Made by a program: the position numbers and the translations under genes
Notes under the pieces: generated by a model
What the model saw: only the letters and a program-made list of their open reading frames with translations
The model's database searches: none
What the model was told of the DNA's origin: nothing
Assembly (NCBI RefSeq): GCF_009914755.1
Contig: NC_060947.1
Strand: one strand, 5' to 3'
From: the human T2T-CHM13v2.0 reference genome, Homo sapiens
Length of the DNA: 64,000 bases
In this document: piece after piece, positions 57,418 through 64,000 of the stretch
Numbering within the stretch: position 1 is the first letter of the stretch
Layout of the letters: each line of letters starts with the position of its first letter

Positions 57418-57641
57418 AACAGATTTTTTTTTTAAATGAAAAGATCCATGGTATCTTCAGTTTGCATATTGCAAGAAAATGAGGATGCTACTTCTTTAAC
57501 CTGACAAGGCAAGGCCCAAGCCACTTAAACCTAAGCCAGCAGCCAGCCCTCCTACAGAAGAAATGGAAATCACCTTCACTGCTCCAACACAATTGTATGC
57601 TCCTGTCTTTCAGTTGTTTCGGTGTCTCTCTCTATCCCTTT

Positions 57642-57751
57642 TTCTGTCTTTGTGTGTGTGCATCATACATACACAAATACACACACCACACATGATTTTT
57701 ACTACCTAAGTTACTATAGCAGACAGCTAGAAATTCAAGAAACCAAGTAAC
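57642..57751 (+). repeat. Local dispersed direct repeat A, copy 1 (copy 2 at 59913-60020)
   Basis: ttctgtctttgtgtg...caaatacacacacca...tttttactac...gttac(t/c)atagcaga...attcaagaaaccaa(g/a)taac in both copies. Confidence 0.85.
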
Positions 57752-59099
57752 GCCTTCATTCAAGGAAAGGTGGAATAATATACTTCATTTTCTTTTATGG
57801 AACAACAATCAAGCACTAAATTTACTGATGAAGGGGAAATCATTGAAACTGGAGAGGAAAGGGGATACTGGATGTGAAAAACATCTATATATACCTCAGA
57901 TAAAATCACTTCAATCATCTCTGATTGTCTCATATCAAATCAAGCCATTTTTTTCCAATTACTTTATTATTCTCCAACAAGAGAGCTAGATTAGATAATC
58001 ACATATGAATTTCAGATTGTGCTTGCTAACTGACGTTTGCCAATAGCAGTCACTTGAAAAGAGCTGCTCTAAGACAAACTATTCTAAATGAGTGGTTTGG
58101 CATGGGGGGGAGGTCGCTTTCTTTTAACTCATCCCTTCCCTCACCACACATCAATGAACTCAGTAAAATGTTTACCAGATGGCTCTATCTCTAAACTTTG
58201 GTTAATTTTCCTCAAATTCACATATTAGAGAGCCTGAAAATCAGATGGTGCTGAAAAAGGAACCAAGAACCAGAAGTCCCAAACTGTAGGACATCAGTCC
58301 CCAAGTCTAGCAGATCTCAGTCCATTAGGTCTCAAACTGTAGACCATTAAAGTATGGCTAAATGTTGTGCTTTATTACAATGTCATTATTTTAAAAAGAG
58401 CTAACATTGAAAAATTAGAAGTCTTTCAATAAAAATACAGATTTCTGGATTCTTTTGAGTAATCAGAAGCTGTCACAATGGGCAGATGCTCCATCAAAGC
58501 AACAATAGGTAGAGCTTCACTCATTTATGCTACTTTCTTGCCATGGACACATTTGAATTTGCACCCTACAATAGAACAACAACAAAAATGCATCTTAACA
58601 CTCTAAACTGAGAAAAGGTAAAGGAATAAGTCACATCATGTGGTTTTTTTTATTCTCAAGACTTTCTCTATTTACCGGCTGTTGTTCCCAATGAAGTTTC
58701 TCAGGACTTAGGGAGCACTCTAATGCAGCCATGATACGGAATTACTGTTATGGGTTCACTGCTTCTATCTGCCCTTCTGGAATCAAAAGGTTATGCAAGC
58801 CAAAAGCTTTCTCATCACTCCTTTGGTGGCAACACCTGATGTGAACTGATGGGAGGATATTTACTGTTTTTATTTTTCTTACTTAGTGTGAAAATTCATG
58901 CATGAAGCTAGAGAAATATTAATGTGTTTGACTCTATGGTGTTGCACCTGATCCTGCCAGTGGTGTTTGGTAATAGGCATAGGCACCATATTATCTTTCA
59001 AAAATCCCCTAAATCCTGCTGTCTGAGCACATGCAGCCCTGAAGGTTTCTAACAGAGGCCTTGGCAATCGTATATATAAATATACATACTTGCTCCCCA

Positions 59100-59139
59100 T
59101 GCCAGGGAAAACGTGCATATTCTGAGGTGCATAACCAAA
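59100..59139 (+). repeat. Local dispersed direct repeat B, copy 1 (copy 2 at 60241-60280)
   Basis: 38/40 identical: tgccagggaaaa(c/t)gtgcatattct(g/a)aggtgcataaccaaa. Confidence 0.9.
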
Positions 59140-60304
59140 CAGTGCTTTCACTTAGGAAATACTAAATGAGCGTTTGCTATTAAAGCTATTTGCTAATAAC
59201 ACTGTTTCCAATCCTTAAAACGTTCATGAATGGAGAACATGAGGAAGAAATGTAAAAAAAAAAAATGACAATATTGTGGACTATGGCAGCAGGAACAAAG
59301 GAGGCAGAGAGCATGGTACAGCTAACTCACCTCAGGACTCTAGAGTAGATGTTCAGAAGAGATGCTTGGAATCCGGAAAAGAAAGTCCAGCTTCTTCCCA
59401 AGTTTGTAAATAGAGGTACAGAAGAGAGGCAGCAGCAGCCCCTGACTATGGTGTTGAAAGCTGAGGCTCCATTTGTCTCCCACCACAGGGAAAGTGTACC
59501 ACGATTTGTTCAGAAGGAATTTATGAAGGCAAGCTGTCCTCTGTGGGACACCGTGTGTGCTCTCAACTTGGGTGTCCTCCCTTCTTTCTTTGTGCTGTGC
59601 TGGAGGGAGGTGCCTTGCGGCAATCTGTGAACCTTCAAAAATCAAAACTCCCCAAAACCCAATGTCTACCCCCACAAGCACCAAACTGGAAGGCCCAAAG
59701 CTGCCCTTGGTCTGTCCCCAGGTTGTTAGGGATGCTTTGTGGTTAAAATAGGGCAGGGGGACTAGTAGGTCAAAGAGAGAAAATGTCTTGGAGGCAATAA
59801 TATGCAGTTATGTTAGTCTTCATCAGCCAAAACTCTGAAGGACAGTGTGTAAGCGCACAATTATTCTTAAACAAAGCAAAGACTCATTATTTGTCTTCCT
59901 AGATTTCCTTAGTTCTGTCTTTGTGTGTTGCATCTCTATCATACACATACAAATACACACACCATTTTTACTACACAGGTTACCATAGCAGAGAATTAGA
60001 CATTCAAGAAACCAAATAACCTCTTGAGGCCTCCTGTAAAGCAGATGCTACCTTGTGGGGCCTGGGTCTAACTAACCTTCTCCCAGGGGATAAATCAGGC
60101 ATTTATAAACATTAACTCTTTCTGATCACCAGTGGCATCTTTGACGGTTCTACCATGTATGAAATAGTGACCTAATGAAGAGGAAAGAGTTACAGAGCCT
60201 CCTCTGGCTCTCTCTACTTCCTCCTAGGTGGTGCTTCAGGTGCCAGGGAAAATGTGCATATTCTAAGGTGCATAACCAAATTCCCATGTCAGAAAAAACA
60301 AGTG

Positions 60305-60762
60305 TCATTCACATTACAAAAGATACAGAACCAACCTGTGTCCATTAACAGATGATTGGATAAAAAAAGTGTGATATATATACACAATGGTATACTATTC
60401 AGCCATTTAAAAAGGAGTAAAATGATATCTTTTGAAGCAACGTAAATGGAATTGGAGGCCATTATCTTAAGTGAAACAAGTCAGATACAGAAAGACAAAT
60501 ATTGCATATTCTCACTCATAAGTGGGAGTTTAAAAATGTGTACACATGAACATAGAGAGTGGAATGGTAGACATTGGAGACTCAGAAGGGTGAGGGGATG
60601 GGAGTTGGTGGATGATGAGAAATTACTTAATTGGTACAATCTACATTATTCCAGTGATGGATACCCTAACATCCATCTGACATAGCCACTATGCAATCTG
60701 TGCATGTAACAAAGTTGCCCTTGTGTCCCATAAATTTATACAAATAAAAAATAAAATAAAAG
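60305..60762 (+). mobile_element. 5'-truncated L1 (L1MA/L1PB-type) 3' end
   Basis: End of ORF2 (MELEAIILSETSQIQKDKYCIFSLISGS), 3'UTR and A-rich tail. Confidence 0.85.
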
Positions 60763-62383
60763 GCAAATCTAAGCATGCTTTCTTTAAAAAGAAAAAAACA
60801 AATGGGTATCTGTAGTCCTGTGAAAAGTGTAATAGAGTAACAGGTTGCCCCCACGGGGAGGGCAATCTGTCCCCTCTGGCTGGTCCCCTCTACAGTCAGT
60901 GCCCTGGGAAATAGGCACCCCTTTCTGGCAGTGGCATTGGCAGAGCAACTACACTCTCCAATTTCTTATCAGCAGCCTTCCTCCTACACTATGGATATTC
61001 TTTGCCAGCCTTGCAAGGTGTAATGACCAGCTGTATTAAAAGGAAAGGATTTATGGTACAAACTGTTGTTAAGAAGAATTATCCCAAATGGAAAAAAAGC
61101 AGATTGGCTATTGCATGCCTTAACAAAGTCATACTAGAGCATTGCCTGATAAGTTCCCCCTCAGGATCAGCTGATGCTCTAGGGAGAGGTAGCTTTTTGG
61201 TTGACATACTACTTACTATTGATTAGAATCTGTCAGGAAAAATGGGAAAGACTTTGAAATGGACAAAGAAAGATTTCTGGATGTACTGTCTAGCTTATTC
61301 TTCCAGGCTATATGTGCCTTTCATTGTCTTTGAACTATTTTACAACTCTGCGCATTGTAGAAAACTGATAATAATCCAAATTACGCTTGTTCATGGAAAT
61401 GCAAATAAAACTGTCCAGGCAATTTAATTGATCATTGCCTTATGGATATTGATATGTTTTGCATCAGTTTATATATTCATCTCAGTATTCCTGGTTACCA
61501 GTATATCTTTGTGTTCTTTAAATTCTCCTTTGAACTTCTTACGACATCTAATTTATTCCCTCACTAGTTAATTAGTTTATTTTGTATTTGTTCAAAAGTC
61601 ATGGTTTTACCCTTAAAAAATTATCCTTTAACAGGCCCAAAGATTGTGTAAAGTTAGATATTAATTTTTAGAAGACAGACAAAATGCAAATATGATTTCT
61701 ATTGGGTATAAATGATAACCCCAAAGGCTACAGTTTTATTCCCCTGTAGGAAGTGGTTAATCAATTTTGTATTTTAATTTGCAATCTTATTCCAGTGTTC
61801 TCTTTTAGATGAAGATATGTAGTCATTCATTTATTCATTTACCATTTCCTTTTGTCCTTGAACCTGTTGGTTCCCTCACTAGGGAATTAAATACATCTCT
61901 GACACATATTTGTTAAATATTTATATGAGACCATGTTTTTAACTTTTTTGAAAACTGTACTTGACGTTGTATAGCATTTGGCAAGCAATTCGAAGTGTGA
62001 ACTAAAAAAACAAGTGTTACTTTAAAGCCTGACCGTAAGATTTCACTCCAGAGACAGCGCAATTTAAGCTAACCCCTAAGTAGGCATAATTGGCTATTAA
62101 GCAAAAGTCTCTGGGAATAAAAGTCAAAATGGTTTGGGATAAGATGATAAGATAAATTACTCAGGATGTTTAAAGCTTCGGGGTGCCTACAAGCTGAGAG
62201 GAAAAAGAAAGTCATCTAGAAATTCTTGAGAGAGGGCCCAGAAACATAGCAGGAGGCTAGAAGTGGGGTAAAGTGCTGGTTGGTGATGGCTCCTTGGTGC
62301 CAAGTAGAGGATAGGAGTTTTAAGGATGAGGTGTTCTAATATTACATTTTAAGTTGTTTGCTCTACTGGTCTGTGATGTAACC

Positions 62384-62384
<1 letters not shown>

Positions 62385-62424
<40 letters not shown>
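62385..62424. repeat. (AC)n microsatellite, about 20 units
   Basis: Directly visible. Confidence 0.95.
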
Positions 62425-62426
<2 letters not shown>

Positions 62427-62882
62427 CCATTGCCTATAGCATTCAGTAAAATCTATTATAAACAGATCCTTGACTTGGGAGCACTTGGATGGGGAAGGGA
62501 ACAGGACCACTGAATTCAGAAATGAGTAGTCATGAACAGGGATGAATAACAGAGGGAGGTCAAGGATTCAGCAGAGGCCTAAGCACCAGAAAGGAGGGAT
62601 GCTGGGCTTCCAAAATTATGTGGGCATTTTCACTTCAACCATACGATGCAAGCTGAAAGATTAGCAGACTTCCTCATGTTGACACTAGGGTTGTTCATGC
62701 AAATAGCATTGTTTCAGAACCAAATGTGTGGGAAAACTTTAAGAGTTCCACCCCACTGCACCAAAGGACTGAACCCTCTCTCCTTAGAGCTTAAAAGCAC
62801 TTTTAGCATATTTAACTCCAACACTAAGGTGCATTATAAATATTTGTGTTTTATATGTGCTTATATGTGTATATGTGTACTA

Positions 62883-62883
<1 letters not shown>

Positions 62884-62913
<30 letters not shown>
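62884..62913. repeat. (TG)n microsatellite, about 15 units
   Basis: Directly visible. Confidence 0.95.
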
Positions 62914-62915
<2 letters not shown>

Positions 62916-63358
62916 CCATAGTTTTTTCCTTTCCTGGACTAGGATATAAATTTCCCAAGGCAGAGACCACTTCTTCATTCATTTATCTTTCACTAGAGAA
63001 TGTCATACAATGCCCTGAAGACACTCAATAAATGTTCGTTGAATGACTTACAAAGCCAGCCTTGACCTGGCTCATCTTCATTTCACTCCACCTCATCCCT
63101 AAGGACGAGAAACTCTAGTCTCTTTCTAGCGGGTCATAGACAACACCACATAATCCAGGCTGAAACTGCCTTGCTGGAAGCTCCCTAATTCTCTGGACTT
63201 GGTTTAATCTCACCTGGTAACAACTTATAAAATAGCTCAAAAAGTCAAGGGTCTCTTGCTTATCAATGCTCCTTCATTCTTTCTCTGATTCATTTTAGCC
63301 CATCTCTTGCTGTTACCGTGCCTTTATTCCTTTTCCTTTGCAAGAATTTTTAACACTT

Positions 63359-63404
63359 TTCTGTTCCTTTTGTCCTCATTATTCTGTTCCTTTTGTCCTC
63401 ATTA
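63359..63404. repeat. Perfect 23-bp tandem duplication
   Basis: ttctgttccttttgtcctcatta twice. Confidence 0.92.
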
Positions 63405-64000
63405 TATCCTCTCTGCTGTTATTTAGTTTTATCGTACATAATTTGTAGTCCAATGCAAAAATCCATCCCCCAAATCAACAGTCATTCATTCATTCAATCA
63501 GTCATTTATGCTGTATTTCTTCAGCACCTACTATGAATGTGTTGATAAAAAGAATAAAAATATAAACCTGGTCCCTGCTCTCATGGAATTTACAATATCA
63601 TGAGGGATCTAAACATTAACTAATTAAATACACAAATCTGTGTATAATTGCAAACTGAACAAGAAGAAAGCAAAATTATTTTGTGGAGCTGACCTAGACC
63701 AGGGAATTCCCAGCAGTGGGAAGACTGTACTTAGGCCCTGCAGCAGGCAGGAGAAAGGAATGACTAAGGAACTGAACGGTTAATGTGGTGTGAACCCATA
63801 GAGCAAAACAACAAGGAAATATGGGCCAGATGTCGCTGAGTCTTACCATCATGCTAAGGATTAATATAAATGAGAAAGCTCAAATGCACTACAAAAGTAG
63901 TACAACTGCAACACTCATACAATTACTGAATGGCACTGCTTGCTTCAGAAGGAAGAGTTACTAGACAGTAGAAATTCATCTCTGCATTTTTTTCTATGTA

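Overview
Primate, most likely human, intergenic DNA. It is repeat-dense (about 21 Alus, one L1PA with both ends plus older L1M fragments, many ERV1/ERVL/MaLR solo LTRs, MIR/L2, MER DNA transposons) and has no supportable intact protein-coding gene. The main unique feature is a young, intronless minus-strand retrocopy of the selenoprotein gene GPX1 at 1952-2824, probably GPX1P1 on Xp22 (locus identity from memory, not verified). It has an 18-bp target-site duplication (TSD), 5'UTR, a frameshift-free 201-codon frame, the in-frame TGA selenocysteine codon (codon 47), a well-preserved SECIS hairpin, AATAAA and a poly(A) tail. Its only nonsense change hits the catalytic Trp160, and it lies directly downstream of a same-sense MER67-type LTR. 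Other notable structures: an L1PA7/8-like element with an in-frame deletion of the ORF1p RRM, a ~1 kb ORF2 deletion and a probable 3' transduction; a five-level nest of mobile elements; two short local duplications upstream of a truncated L1; and candidate lncRNA exons and enhancer motifs. Repeat subfamily names come from recognising consensus sequences by eye and need RepeatMasker/Dfam confirmation.
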